Part shown: piece by piece, positions 28,535 to 37,789 of the stretch | Numbering within the stretch: position 1 is the stretch's first letter | Layout: every line of letters begins with the position of its first letter | From: a virus | IMG/VR virus record: IMGVR_UViG_3300045988_166584 | Reading direction: 5' to 3' (one strand) | Length of the DNA: 61,427 bases | Translations under genes and position numbers: made by a program | Notes under the pieces: model-generated | What the model was told of the DNA's origin: nothing | Databases searched by the model: none | What the model saw: the letters and a program-made list of their open reading frames with translations, nothing else

Positions 28535-29508
28535 TGAAAGTTTATAAATATAGAGCCAACTTATTTAATGAGAAAGAGAAAAGGAGAAGAGATACCGAAT
28601 CCTTACTAAAAAATGAATTTTATGCTGCAAAATTTAAAGAATTGAATGACCCATTTGAATGTTCTTTTGATTTACAGATGAAAGATTCTGATAAAACGAC
28701 TTTCTATAATTCTATTAACCCACTTGATGTTGGCATATATTCTTTGGGGATGCTGCAACAAGAAGAATTATTTCCGTCTCATGAATTAATGTGGGCACAT
28801 TATGCAAATTCACATAAAGGTTTTTGTATTGAGTATGATTTAGATAAGATGTTACAAAGTTCTTATCCCGACTTTGATATTAGAAACAAAATAACAGTAA
28901 TTTATCAGCCAAATATGCCAACTATTGTAAAAGAAGACTTTAATGATATTTTTGGCATCCAAAAAAAAGTATTTGGTACAAAATCATTGGCATGGGAATA
29001 TGAAAATGAGATTAGGTTAGTATTTCTTGAATCAGGAATAAAACACTATTCCCAAGAAATTGTTACAGGTATTTATTTTGGCTTAAATATTGGTTTAGAA
29101 GAACGGAATTTAATCATAAACAAACTAAAAAGAAAAAACATAAAATTCTACCAAATAAATAGAACAAACAACTCATATAAATTATCATGTAGCGAGTTAA
29201 ATGAGAGTGATATATATAATTATCAAATTATTAGTCAATCAAGTAATATGATTGTTGACAATTACAATGTTTTGTATTTAGGGGTTAATAAAGATAAAAT
29301 TACAATGCAGAATTTTGTGAACGAATTTCGCAGAGGAAAATATAAACCAACAAATATCACTATTTATGATGATTTACGAGTAGAGAAATGCATAAATAAA
29401 TGGTCTTCACAAACGACAGAAGAAGAAAAGCAGATATTAGCAAAGCATTGGATTACATATGCACCATTCGATATTGCTCCAATTATTTGGATGTATCCCG
29501 AAAGCTAA
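28534..29508 (+). CDS. DUF2971-family protein (paralogue 2 of 3)
   Basis: 324 aa with the N-terminal signature KVYKYRAN...LLKNEFYAAKFKELNDPFECSF. Confidence 0.65.
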   Translation: MKVYKYRANLFNEKEKRRRDTESLLKNEFYAAKFKELNDPFECSFDLQMKDSDKTTFYNSINPLDVGIYSLGMLQQEELFPSHELMWAHYANSHKGFCIEYDLDKMLQSSYPDFDIRNKITVIYQPNMPTIVKEDFNDIFGIQKKVFGTKSLAWEYENEIRLVFLESGIKHYSQEIVTGIYFGLNIGLEERNLIINKLKRKNIKFYQINRTNNSYKLSCSELNESDIYNYQIISQSSNMIVDNYNVLYLGVNKDKITMQNFVNEFRRGKYKPTNITIYDDLRVEKCINKWSSQTTEEEKQILAKHWITYAPFDIAPIIWMYPES

Positions 29509-29531
29509 AGCCGGAGCACTAAACTCCGGCT
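29509..29531. terminator. Bidirectional hairpin between convergent genes
   Basis: 8-bp stem agccggag / ctccggct with a 7-nt loop, lying between stop 29508 (+) and stop 29534 (-). Confidence 0.5.
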
Positions 29532-29533
29532 CA

Positions 29534-29971
29534 TTAATTGATTAGCCCTTTGAATTTCAACCGATTTACGATTTCGGTGTAAAGATACTCTATATCTCCA
29601 CTGAAATCCCCATAGTTCTGATACAGAAATACGACATCAGCACAATTGTCGGAAATTGTACTCTTGGACTGAATCCCCAATACTCTTGACATCTCCTCAC
29701 GTAGCCCTGCTGTCATTTTCCCACCGGCAAGCGAACTTGGAGAAAACAGGTACAGGATAATGAAGATGAACTTCTTCCGCTGGGTAACACTATCAATACA
29801 AGGGGGAAGACTTCTGCTATTCAATAGCTCAACGAAGATTTTATAGATATCCCTAATAAGGCTTTTATCTCTCAAAATCGGTGAAGCTAAGGTATTTTCT
29901 TCTTCTGAAAGTTCTGATTTCTCAATTCTAATCTTTTTAAGGCGAATTATTTTGTTAAAATCCAGTTCCAT
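29534..29971 (-). CDS. Hypothetical protein
   Basis: 145-aa ORF with no recognisable motif. Confidence 0.5.
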   Translation of the reverse strand: MELDFNKIIRLKKIRIEKSELSEEENTLASPILRDKSLIRDIYKIFVELLNSRSLPPCIDSVTQRKKFIFIILYLFSPSSLAGGKMTAGLREEMSRVLGIQSKSTISDNCADVVFLYQNYGDFSGDIEYLYTEIVNRLKFKGLIN

Positions 29972-30061
29972 AACACGATTATTTTAAAAGTAAATAGTAT
30001 ATTTGCATCATAATCGTGTAAGGAAGAGCTGATTCATGGTCGTGCGTGGGTTGGCTCTTTT

Positions 30062-30244
30062 TCATTCTTCCCCATTCGTGCTGACGAATGGTTTCTTTTC
30101 CAAATCATAGCAGGTGATATATACCCGTTTCCCATTAACATCACATAGAGCAAGGGCATATCCTTTCTCCAGTATTTTAACCGGCTGATTGTCGCAATAG
30201 ACAGTACTTCCAACCGGAACTCTTATAAAATGACGTACTATCAT
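30062..30244 (-). CDS. Hypothetical small protein
   Basis: 60-aa ORF. Confidence 0.35.
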   Translation of the reverse strand: MIVRHFIRVPVGSTVYCDNQPVKILEKGYALALCDVNGKRVYITCYDLEKKPFVSTNGEE

Positions 30245-30338
30245 TTGATTATCTTTAGCTTGTTATACCAGCGTGAAGAAAAAGGGAACCATCCGATTAA
30301 GAATGATTCCCCGAAAATGGTTACTTTGTATAGTTTGC

Positions 30339-30578
30339 TCATGGATTTTTCTTTTTAAGTATTTCAACACATTTTTTTATCCCATCATCGAAACCCTGTT
30401 TATAGCATCTAGTATATTCCCCTATAATATATATCGTCATTGACAGAAAAAATAGAAGGATACCTACAGGCTTATACCAACCGGGAAGTGATATAGAAAA
30501 CGGCTTAAATGTAATTGTGAGATCTCCAACCCATAATAGGGCGATAATACATATAATTGTAAGTAATATTGTTTTCAT
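30339..30578 (-). CDS. Small membrane protein (2 predicted TM segments)
   Basis: 79 aa with the hydrophobic stretches ILLTIICIIALLWVG and VGILLFFLSMTIYIIG. Confidence 0.5.
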   Translation of the reverse strand: MKTILLTIICIIALLWVGDLTITFKPFSISLPGWYKPVGILLFFLSMTIYIIGEYTRCYKQGFDDGIKKCVEILKKKNP

Positions 30579-30772
30579 CGCTTATCATGTTTTTTAAAAT
30601 GTTCGTCAAGAATAAGTTTGGATAGCTTGTACACCAATACAATCATACATGCTATCATTACAAATACTAAGACAATTCTAACTAACAAGAACTGATCAAT
30701 AGCCCAAAGTAGAGAAAAATATACGGGTAAAGACAGTGCAGCTATAATGCCGGATATTATTTTATTCTTCAT
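30575..30772 (-). CDS. Small membrane protein (2 predicted TM segments)
   Basis: 65 aa with IISGIIAALSLPVYFSLLWAI and VLVFVMIACMIVLVY. Confidence 0.5.
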   Translation of the reverse strand: MKNKIISGIIAALSLPVYFSLLWAIDQFLLVRIVLVFVMIACMIVLVYKLSKLILDEHFKKHDKR

Positions 30773-31176
30773 TACTTACTTCCTTTCAATAATTCCGGGT
30801 TATCAAAAACGTTTCCTATCACTTCGCATCTATCGCTGACATACCACAATGGGGTAAAGCCACATGCCTTGTTCCTGTAGCAGAACACTCCTTTATGAAA
30901 TAGTACTTCAACTGTAAATTGGTAGGAACTTTCGCTTTCATGAATCAGTATTAGATCATGTTCGAAGATGCTATTACCGTTCTTATCGGTTATTTCGCTG
31001 AACTGACAAACTGTTTCAGGAAAAACTACATAAGTCGTCTTTTGTGGAACAGGTTCTGCATCTTCAACGAGTGTAATAGTTGGGTAGTATCTTGGATATG
31101 TTGTCAAAGATCCTTCTATCCACTGTCCTGTTTCAAATTCTTTCCCTCTGAATTTTATTTCACGTTTCATAATCAA
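30772..31176 (-). CDS. YopX-like protein
   Basis: The N-terminus KREIKFRGKEFETGQWIEGSL and the C-terminal VIGNVFDNPELL are typical of the YopX family. Confidence 0.65.
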   Translation of the reverse strand: MIMKREIKFRGKEFETGQWIEGSLTTYPRYYPTITLVEDAEPVPQKTTYVVFPETVCQFSEITDKNGNSIFEHDLILIHESESSYQFTVEVLFHKGVFCYRNKACGFTPLWYVSDRCEVIGNVFDNPELLKGSK

Positions 31177-31742
31177 TATCTTTTTCCGTTCAACATAGGT
31201 CTTAATTCATTGTATCTCATCTTCTGTTCAATGAACCACTCAATATCTATTCCTTTCCAAAGACAGTATTGCCATACATCAAGAATCACTCCTTTAACCG
31301 ACCTTGTAGATTCGGATATAATTGTTCCGGTGCAAATATCAAAAACTATCTCTGCAAATGTGTGTTCTTGGAAAAAGTCTGAAACGTCATTGAGTTCATC
31401 CACATTATCCAACGTATCTTGCAAATCCCAGCCGCGCAGCCCAGCAAGGTCAAGACAGCGTATCACAACATCAGCTAATTCTTCCTCCACCGTTCCTTTG
31501 ATATATTTTTCAAAACAATACTTGAAATTGACATCATCGTGCGGTTCTTCATCTTCATAAGAACTCTTGAAAGATTCCCTGTCGGCACGTTTCCCTTTTC
31601 GGTCCGCTTCCACAGCTTCCATAAGCTCGGAAATGACAAGGCAAAGGCAGTGTTCGTTACTCAGCTCCTTATCATGGAAACCGTGCTCGCAAGCGTTCTT
31701 ATAAGCACGGTCTCGCCATTTATTCAAATTAATATCATTCAT
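31173..31742 (-). CDS. MazG-like nucleotide pyrophosphohydrolase
   Basis: Helical EXXE-type motifs VISELMEAVEADRKG and EEELADVVIRCLDLA. Confidence 0.6.
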   Translation of the reverse strand: MNDINLNKWRDRAYKNACEHGFHDKELSNEHCLCLVISELMEAVEADRKGKRADRESFKSSYEDEEPHDDVNFKYCFEKYIKGTVEEELADVVIRCLDLAGLRGWDLQDTLDNVDELNDVSDFFQEHTFAEIVFDICTGTIISESTRSVKGVILDVWQYCLWKGIDIEWFIEQKMRYNELRPMLNGKRY

Positions 31743-32136
31743 TGTCTATTTTTTTATAATCCTTACATCCATTACGATAAAAACCACTATCATATAAATC
31801 ACTGTAACCATGGCTCATTTTAAACCGAAGAGGATGGTTTAGTGCACAAAGATCACTATAGTGCCGTTTAGCTGATTCTTCAATCACTTTTTCCATATCA
31901 TCATCTAAAACATTTTCGTCTGGTTTAAAATTCTTGCATGTATCACAGTAACGGATAGGTTTACGTTCTCCTTTTTTCCCTGAAGGTTTTTTTAACCCTT
32001 TTAGCCAACAGCTTTCGTCTTTGATAGGGCAACATCTACAGTAATCATCAATTTCGTAAAATTGACAGTAGCCATCACAGAACCATTCTCGAAACTCTGT
32101 AAGCATTTTCTCTTTTATAAATTCTTCCTTCTTCAT
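31735..32136 (-). CDS. Cys-rich hypothetical protein
   Basis: 133 aa with CDGYC, CRCC and CDTC clusters. Confidence 0.5.
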   Translation of the reverse strand: MKKEEFIKEKMLTEFREWFCDGYCQFYEIDDYCRCCPIKDESCWLKGLKKPSGKKGERKPIRYCDTCKNFKPDENVLDDDMEKVIEESAKRHYSDLCALNHPLRFKMSHGYSDLYDSGFYRNGCKDYKKIDNE

Positions 32137-32395
32137 CCTTGATTATTTTCCCAATCTTGCCAGCTTCCTCATACCGTTCCTCTTTTATCAACTGTCTTTG
32201 CAACTCTGAGAGCTGGTTAAGAAAAACAATATCGTTACGATCTGACACATGACGAACATATCTTTCTATTTCATCCAGCTTATTCTCCATGCGTCTGTGC
32301 CACTTGCTTACCAAGATTAAGGTAAACATCAAAGCATAAGCATTTAATGAGACAATGATAAATTTAAATATTACTTCTGCTGTTTCCATAATCAT
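32075..32395 (-). CDS. Hypothetical membrane-anchored protein
   Basis: 106 aa with an N-terminal TM segment (FKFIIVSLNAYALMFTLILV). The 3' end overlaps 31735-32136 by 62 nt, so one of the two boundaries is uncertain. Confidence 0.4.
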   Translation of the reverse strand: MIMETAEVIFKFIIVSLNAYALMFTLILVSKWHRRMENKLDEIERYVRHVSDRNDIVFLNQLSELQRQLIKEERYEEAGKIGKIIKDEEGRIYKRENAYRVSRMVL

Positions 32396-32461
32396 ATAAG
32401 TTTTAACGCTTCTTGTATTCCGGCTTCAAGTGCTTCATCTGTTCAATTGACAATACTTTTT

Positions 32462-32671
32462 TCATTCCTTTTCCTCCTCTGTTTTAATATCCGTTACTTT
32501 GCCACGACTGATAAAACACTGACCTATTCCCAAATCTAGTATGGCACAATAGTTATCATCTAAAATATTACAGCATTCCCGGGATAAGGAACATTCATTA
32601 CAAAATCCTTCTGATGATTCATGCAGCACTCCATCTATTATAATTCCGTTATTTATTTCCATACCGTTCAT
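32462..32671 (-). CDS. Small Cys-rich protein
   Basis: 69 aa containing CNECSLSRECCNILDDNYC. Confidence 0.4.
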   Translation of the reverse strand: MNGMEINNGIIIDGVLHESSEGFCNECSLSRECCNILDDNYCAILDLGIGQCFISRGKVTDIKTEEEKE

Positions 32672-32883
32672 TCATTAGAAGTTACACCCAAGCACAATAC
32701 TTTGTCAGAAACGCCTATATCGTCAAATTCCAGAGTTAAATACTCTGTATCGTAAGGGTAAGGGTATCTGCAATTTTTCAATTCTTCATCCGTCAATCTG
32801 CGTCTAATACGCATTTCTATTTCGTAATCATCGGAAAGATTCTCAATTATTTTTCTAAGTTGTCCTACGTTCTTTATTTCCAT
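32668..32883 (-). CDS. Hypothetical small protein
   Basis: 71-aa ORF with coupled stop/start codons. Confidence 0.4.
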   Translation of the reverse strand: MEIKNVGQLRKIIENLSDDYEIEMRIRRRLTDEELKNCRYPYPYDTEYLTLEFDDIGVSDKVLCLGVTSNE

Positions 32884-33082
32884 ATTGTCTAATTAATTTA
32901 ATTGCTAATAGAGGGTCTTTATCTCCTATTTGATTGATTAGCTTTGTAAATTTGTCCACTCTACCATAGTGTCTAACGCAAATAGCATTTGCCTTCATCG
33001 AGCGTCCTAATCCGTATAAATACTCCATGCGTGCATTTCTACGGATATTCTTCATTATCTTTTTTGCTTGTCTTAATTTCAT
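32855..33082 (-). CDS. Hypothetical small basic protein
   Basis: 75-aa ORF. Confidence 0.4.
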   Translation of the reverse strand: MKLRQAKKIMKNIRRNARMEYLYGLGRSMKANAICVRHYGRVDKFTKLINQIGDKDPLLAIKLIRQYGNKERRTT

Positions 33083-33167
33083 ATCTTAATCTTTCTCTTT
33101 AATCCGTTCAATATCTGACTTATGCTTATAAATTGCTATTTTCTTCATTTCTGATTTGTTTTGAAGA

Positions 33168-33395
33168 TTATTTAGAATATTGTTGTTCTTTTGTACACGT
33201 ATTTGTCCCAAAACTCCCTATCGGGCAGTCATCACAGTAAAAAGTAATACTTCTGTAGTCTGCATTACTTCCACATGGATGCTCGGTAAGCTCCATAACT
33301 TTATCATTTAAAAGTCGTACATTCTCTTCGAGTTCATTCACCTTATTAATAGGTGTTAGAGCTTTATATTCTTGTTCTGTTAATATGTATTGCAT
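33168..33395 (-). CDS. Small Cys-rich protein
   Basis: 75 aa containing HPCGS...YCDDCPIGSFGTNTC. Confidence 0.4.
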   Translation of the reverse strand: MQYILTEQEYKALTPINKVNELEENVRLLNDKVMELTEHPCGSNADYRSITFYCDDCPIGSFGTNTCTKEQQYSK

Positions 33396-33595
33396 AATTT
33401 ATTCCTTTTTTTCTTGATTTTGAATTTTTTATTCATTTCTTTTTCCGCAGCTTTAACACCTTTTTTGAACCCCTCCACAAAGCTGTCAAAACAAGCTCTA
33501 TGGATCTCCAAAGTACACCTTTTCATAATCGGACATACAGAACATTTTTGGCTAAGTCCGGCTGATTTCTTGGCTATTTTCGTTACGTTTTTCAT
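33380..33595 (-). CDS. Small Cys-rich basic protein
   Basis: 71 aa containing CSVCPIMKRC. Confidence 0.4.
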   Translation of the reverse strand: MKNVTKIAKKSAGLSQKCSVCPIMKRCTLEIHRACFDSFVEGFKKGVKAAEKEMNKKFKIKKKRNKLCNTY

Positions 33596-33607
33596 TGGAT
33601 TTTTAAA

Positions 33608-33925
33608 TTAATTATTACGATTTCTTTCCGCTGCGACTTCACTCATACACATCTTGCACCAGGAGGTGAGACATCGGTATTCCTTATCCCCACATCTGAC
33701 AGTCCTGTTATAGAACCGGTGGAGCGGAAGGGAACGTCCGCAATGCGGACAAACCTTTCTTCCGGCTTCCGTACCGGCAACCGTCTTGGCTTTACGGTGT
33801 ACAAGCGTACATCCCCTGCATTCATCCAGTCTGCCTTTGTATTTCCGGCATTTGTGCAGGGAGATGCGCCCGCATGGAGCGAATTTCTCGCAGTCGAATC
33901 TGGGTTCTGTATGATAGATGTTCAT
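33608..33925 (-). CDS. Cys-rich zinc-ribbon-like protein
   Basis: 105 aa with multiple CxxC-type pairs (CRGC, CPHC, CKMC). Its stop is coupled to the upstream gene. Confidence 0.5.
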   Translation of the reverse strand: MNIYHTEPRFDCEKFAPCGRISLHKCRKYKGRLDECRGCTLVHRKAKTVAGTEAGRKVCPHCGRSLPLHRFYNRTVRCGDKEYRCLTSWCKMCMSEVAAERNRNN

Positions 33926-36438
33926 ACGGCACTGTCCATCAAATCAAACAATGTGGGTGCGCTAACTTCCATCTCCGCCTCATACAGATATGAAAGACTG
34001 TCTTTCCAATAGTCATAATTTAGTTCAGTAGATAATCCCTTACGTTTCAGTCTGATGGCACAATAAGGTACTGTGCCGATACCTCCGAAGGGGTCAAACA
34101 CCAACTCACCCTTGTTTGAATACCGTTCAATCAGTCTTTCAACGATATCGAGCTGTAAAGGGCAGATGTGGTTCTGCCGTTTCTTCTGTGACTGCTTGGT
34201 ATTGAGCGTGCGCATACGGGTGACATCATCCCATATCCAATCTTTCTTGCTTACAGGGTCAACGGCCATAAATGTTTTAGGCAGCTTTCCGTATATTTCC
34301 AATTCTTCAGCGAATGATACATGTTCCTCGTAGTTATATATATGTTCACGTTCGTAGTTCCTGAACAGATGGCGTATCTTATCTATTCCGGCTCCTTTCA
34401 TGTCCTCATAGCTCAATAGAGAGTTACCAGAAGATTTCCAACTTGCATGGGCATCTATCTGCCAACGGGCAAGCGAGTATTCACTCTTATTCTTTGTCAC
34501 CGGCAAATCAGCATAGGCTCGTGAGGTATCAGAAGGCAACTTTCGGAAGAGAAGAACATATTCCGGGCAACCGATACCCATCTTTGAACCGTCCTTGCAC
34601 ATCTCTGTATATCCAAGCCGATAAGTCTGGTTGTTCTCCCTCACCACATCCGTATCCACTGTAATACGCCCCATGTAGCGGAACCCGTGCTTCAGATAAT
34701 GGAACACTGTCATTTCGCTGAACGGGTCGATGGTGGGCATACCGTCACCCGTAACGTTGCCGAACAGTACACGGTCCTTTACATGGATGCAGGCCAACCG
34801 GCCGGGCTTTAAAATACGCATAAGCTCCGGGGTGAGATAGTCCATCTGCTCAAAGAACTTGCCGTTGTCTTCATTATGCCCGAAATCATTATAGGTAGGC
34901 GTATATTCGTAGTGGTTGGAGAACGGAATACTGGTTACAATCAGGTCTACTGAATTATCTTCCATCTTCTGACATTCAAGTACATTGTCATTATTGATAG
35001 CTTTCCACAGTTTGCCGGACTTCTCTTCCCGACTGGCGAACATCCAGCGCATCATCTTTTCCTCTGCCTGCAAGCCGAACAAACCGTTCTCACGAACTAT
35101 ATCGGTCATTCTGGCTACCATCTGGCGGTGTTGCGCCCACTTCTGCATGAAGCTCTTGTATATCTCTCCCTCACTTTCCGCATAGACCAGATAGAGGTCA
35201 ACCGGATGCTGCTGCATGAAACGGTAGATACGGGCTATTGCCTGAAACTTGTCGTTGAAACGGTAGTCAATGAACATGATTGCCTTGTGGCAGTGGTACT
35301 GGAAGTTCAGACCCTCACCAAGCATTTCAGGTTTGGCGGCCAGATATTTCAGACGGCCATCCTTGAAGTCCGCTATCACCCTGTCGGCTTCCTCATCATC
35401 CTGCGAGCCGTACACAGCCTTACATCCGGGAATTGCCTTGCAGAGTGCCTCACGTTCAGCCTCCAAGTCGTGCCATAAAAGGAAATGATCATCCTTGTTT
35501 TCGGAACGGTTGATTATTTCCACCACACGGGCTATTTTCTCAGTCATGTTGTCCCGGCGTTCCTTTGCAGCATCAGCCAGACCGAGAGCAGCCTCACGGA
35601 ACATTTTCACCTGCCCGTCACGGTCGGTGCCGGCAGTGGAGTTGTCCACACTCACAACTTCTTCATGTACCCGTAACTCCGGTAACTCATATCCTGTATC
35701 GGGATAACCGAGATCAGATGGCTTTGTAAGAAATAATGCCCATGTACTGACCCATAACCAGAATTCCTTTTCCTTGTGGGGATAGAGGGTAAGATTGTTC
35801 GCCTTCGTGCTGTCACGCTGGAAGAACCTTGTAAGTGCCTGCCCGGTATCCATCACTCCAAGGTAGCCGGCATAGTGTATCAGCTCCTTGTATCTGTTGG
35901 GTGACGGTGTGGCAGTGGCAACAAACCTGTACGGAACTTCTGCAAACATAGGAAGAAACTCCTGATAGGTCTTGGTTCCGAATCCACGTAACACGCTCGC
36001 TTCATCCAATGAGGTAACGGTAAAGTAAGAAGGTTCTATTCTTACTCCGTCCTCGCCGTCACGGACACGCTCATAGTTTGTCACCATGATATTGGTCGGA
36101 CATTGCTTCACCTCCTGCATAGTACGTACATAGGTCACTTTCATGCCCAGATGCTTTTCGGCCTGTGTCAGGAACTCCACTACTACACGCTTGGGGCAAA
36201 CTATCAACCCTTTGCCTCCTGTGCGGTTCAGGATTACCCGCAGTATCTCCAACTGGGTTACGGTCTTCTGCATACCGAAGCTGGAGAATATCGCCCTGCA
36301 ACCGCCGGAAACAGCCCAACGTACTGTATCTTTCACATGGGGATATAAGTACGGGGTAAGTTCATCAGCCTTAACTTCAAATCCTGTCTGATGGCTGATT
36401 GCCATCTTGTCTTTCAAAAATTCTATATAATCTTTCAT
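33922..36438 (-). CDS. SF2 helicase-like N-terminal domain fused to a beta-class N6/N4 DNA methyltransferase
   Basis: 838 aa. Helicase motifs are GMQKT and TSLDEAS. The methyltransferase motif IV-like DLIVTSIPFSNHYEY precedes the motif I-like VFDPFGGIGTVPYCA. Confidence 0.7.
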   Translation of the reverse strand: MKDYIEFLKDKMAISHQTGFEVKADELTPYLYPHVKDTVRWAVSGGCRAIFSSFGMQKTVTQLEILRVILNRTGGKGLIVCPKRVVVEFLTQAEKHLGMKVTYVRTMQEVKQCPTNIMVTNYERVRDGEDGVRIEPSYFTVTSLDEASVLRGFGTKTYQEFLPMFAEVPYRFVATATPSPNRYKELIHYAGYLGVMDTGQALTRFFQRDSTKANNLTLYPHKEKEFWLWVSTWALFLTKPSDLGYPDTGYELPELRVHEEVVSVDNSTAGTDRDGQVKMFREAALGLADAAKERRDNMTEKIARVVEIINRSENKDDHFLLWHDLEAEREALCKAIPGCKAVYGSQDDEEADRVIADFKDGRLKYLAAKPEMLGEGLNFQYHCHKAIMFIDYRFNDKFQAIARIYRFMQQHPVDLYLVYAESEGEIYKSFMQKWAQHRQMVARMTDIVRENGLFGLQAEEKMMRWMFASREEKSGKLWKAINNDNVLECQKMEDNSVDLIVTSIPFSNHYEYTPTYNDFGHNEDNGKFFEQMDYLTPELMRILKPGRLACIHVKDRVLFGNVTGDGMPTIDPFSEMTVFHYLKHGFRYMGRITVDTDVVRENNQTYRLGYTEMCKDGSKMGIGCPEYVLLFRKLPSDTSRAYADLPVTKNKSEYSLARWQIDAHASWKSSGNSLLSYEDMKGAGIDKIRHLFRNYEREHIYNYEEHVSFAEELEIYGKLPKTFMAVDPVSKKDWIWDDVTRMRTLNTKQSQKKRQNHICPLQLDIVERLIERYSNKGELVFDPFGGIGTVPYCAIRLKRKGLSTELNYDYWKDSLSYLYEAEMEVSAPTLFDLMDSAV

Positions 36439-37787
36439 TATGCTATTCTTTTTTTGATTAAACTCATGTTCTTCTCCACCAGCCGGATAATGCGGTCATG
36501 ATACTCTGATGTTCCGTTGCATACGGCTCTTGACTGTACTATCTGAAAAGATTTAAGATTCACTTCGATGGTTTCCACATGTTTTTCTCCGACTATGGCT
36601 GTCATGATCAGGCATTCACTGCGTCTGTAATACCTGTTGGCGTATACACAATGGTGCATGGCTTTGCCCTCCTTGTAGAACTGGGTTACGCTTTCAAGCG
36701 GACGGATGATTATGCCGTCGCCTTTGATTTTCATGCCGAAGAATCTTTCCATCCGGTTGTAGAATGATGCTATATCCTCCTTGAGCTGCTTTTCTTTTTG
36801 GATAGCCTTTATTCTGTCCCTTTCCCTTCTTTGCCTTGCCTCAATTTCATTTTTCTTTCTTAGTAATCTGTTGTGCTCGGCTTTTAAATTTTTGGGACAT
36901 ACGTATTTGGCGTTATGCAGATCCTTGTGGAAATAGGACAGCAGGCTTATATAGTCATTCCACATACTTGCATCTCTGATTATATAACGGTTACGGTTGC
37001 AGATGTTGAAAGACGGTTTATATCGGAGTTGGTAATAGCCCGTTTTGTACATGTGCTTCAACATATCCGTCTGCCCGATCTTGATACATAATTCCGCATC
37101 ATTGCCACCTTTCAGAAGGTCTCGTACAAGTTTTGAGGGGGGTACATCGGGGAACCGTTTCCCGATTCCCCGCTTTCTCAATTCCGGGAGCAGTTTCTTT
37201 CTTGGATATATCCATCCCCATATCGCATATAGGTCTCCACGATAATTCCAACTGTAACTGCCGTATTCACCCTTTATGCTCAGTGGTTCCGAATATATCC
37301 ATCCGCTGCTTCCCATATTCATCGGTTTTGCCATGATGGTGCGTTTCCCCTCGACGGTGATCCATTCCTGGACCACTTCAAAGAAAGTATAGTGAATATA
37401 ATCCTGTCTGCTGTTCAAATCAAAATTCCTTTTTCTGGCGTACTTGCAGCATAGTATATGTCTTATGATCTGGAACTCTCCGGCGGTCTGTAAGATGGAC
37501 ATGTACTTTTCTTCCTCGACTTTTCGTTTCCGGCTGACCTTTACGTCCAGTTTGTGGTGGCAGTACGGGCATTCGGTCGTATCACCGAGCAGGGTGGTTC
37601 CCAGCTCGCTATTGCTTGTGTCTATCCATGTTCCGCCGCACTCGGAACACCATAGCTCATCCTTGCACCTATATGCTTCGTGGGTGAATATATGTTCTTT
37701 CGCCCATTCTTTTTGTACTTCGGTAACGGCGGACAGTTTGCCGCTTAGTCCGGTTACACGTTTCTCAAGTTTCGTTCTCGGTTTCAT
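36438..37787 (-). CDS. PcfJ-like protein
   Basis: 449 aa with an N-terminal zinc-ribbon (CSECGG...CPYCHH) and a C-terminal EGKAMHHCVYANRYY. It is paired with a PcfK-like gene upstream. Family assignment is from memory. Confidence 0.55.
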   Translation of the reverse strand: MKPRTKLEKRVTGLSGKLSAVTEVQKEWAKEHIFTHEAYRCKDELWCSECGGTWIDTSNSELGTTLLGDTTECPYCHHKLDVKVSRKRKVEEEKYMSILQTAGEFQIIRHILCCKYARKRNFDLNSRQDYIHYTFFEVVQEWITVEGKRTIMAKPMNMGSSGWIYSEPLSIKGEYGSYSWNYRGDLYAIWGWIYPRKKLLPELRKRGIGKRFPDVPPSKLVRDLLKGGNDAELCIKIGQTDMLKHMYKTGYYQLRYKPSFNICNRNRYIIRDASMWNDYISLLSYFHKDLHNAKYVCPKNLKAEHNRLLRKKNEIEARQRRERDRIKAIQKEKQLKEDIASFYNRMERFFGMKIKGDGIIIRPLESVTQFYKEGKAMHHCVYANRYYRRSECLIMTAIVGEKHVETIEVNLKSFQIVQSRAVCNGTSEYHDRIIRLVEKNMSLIKKRIA

Positions 37788-37789
37788 GA

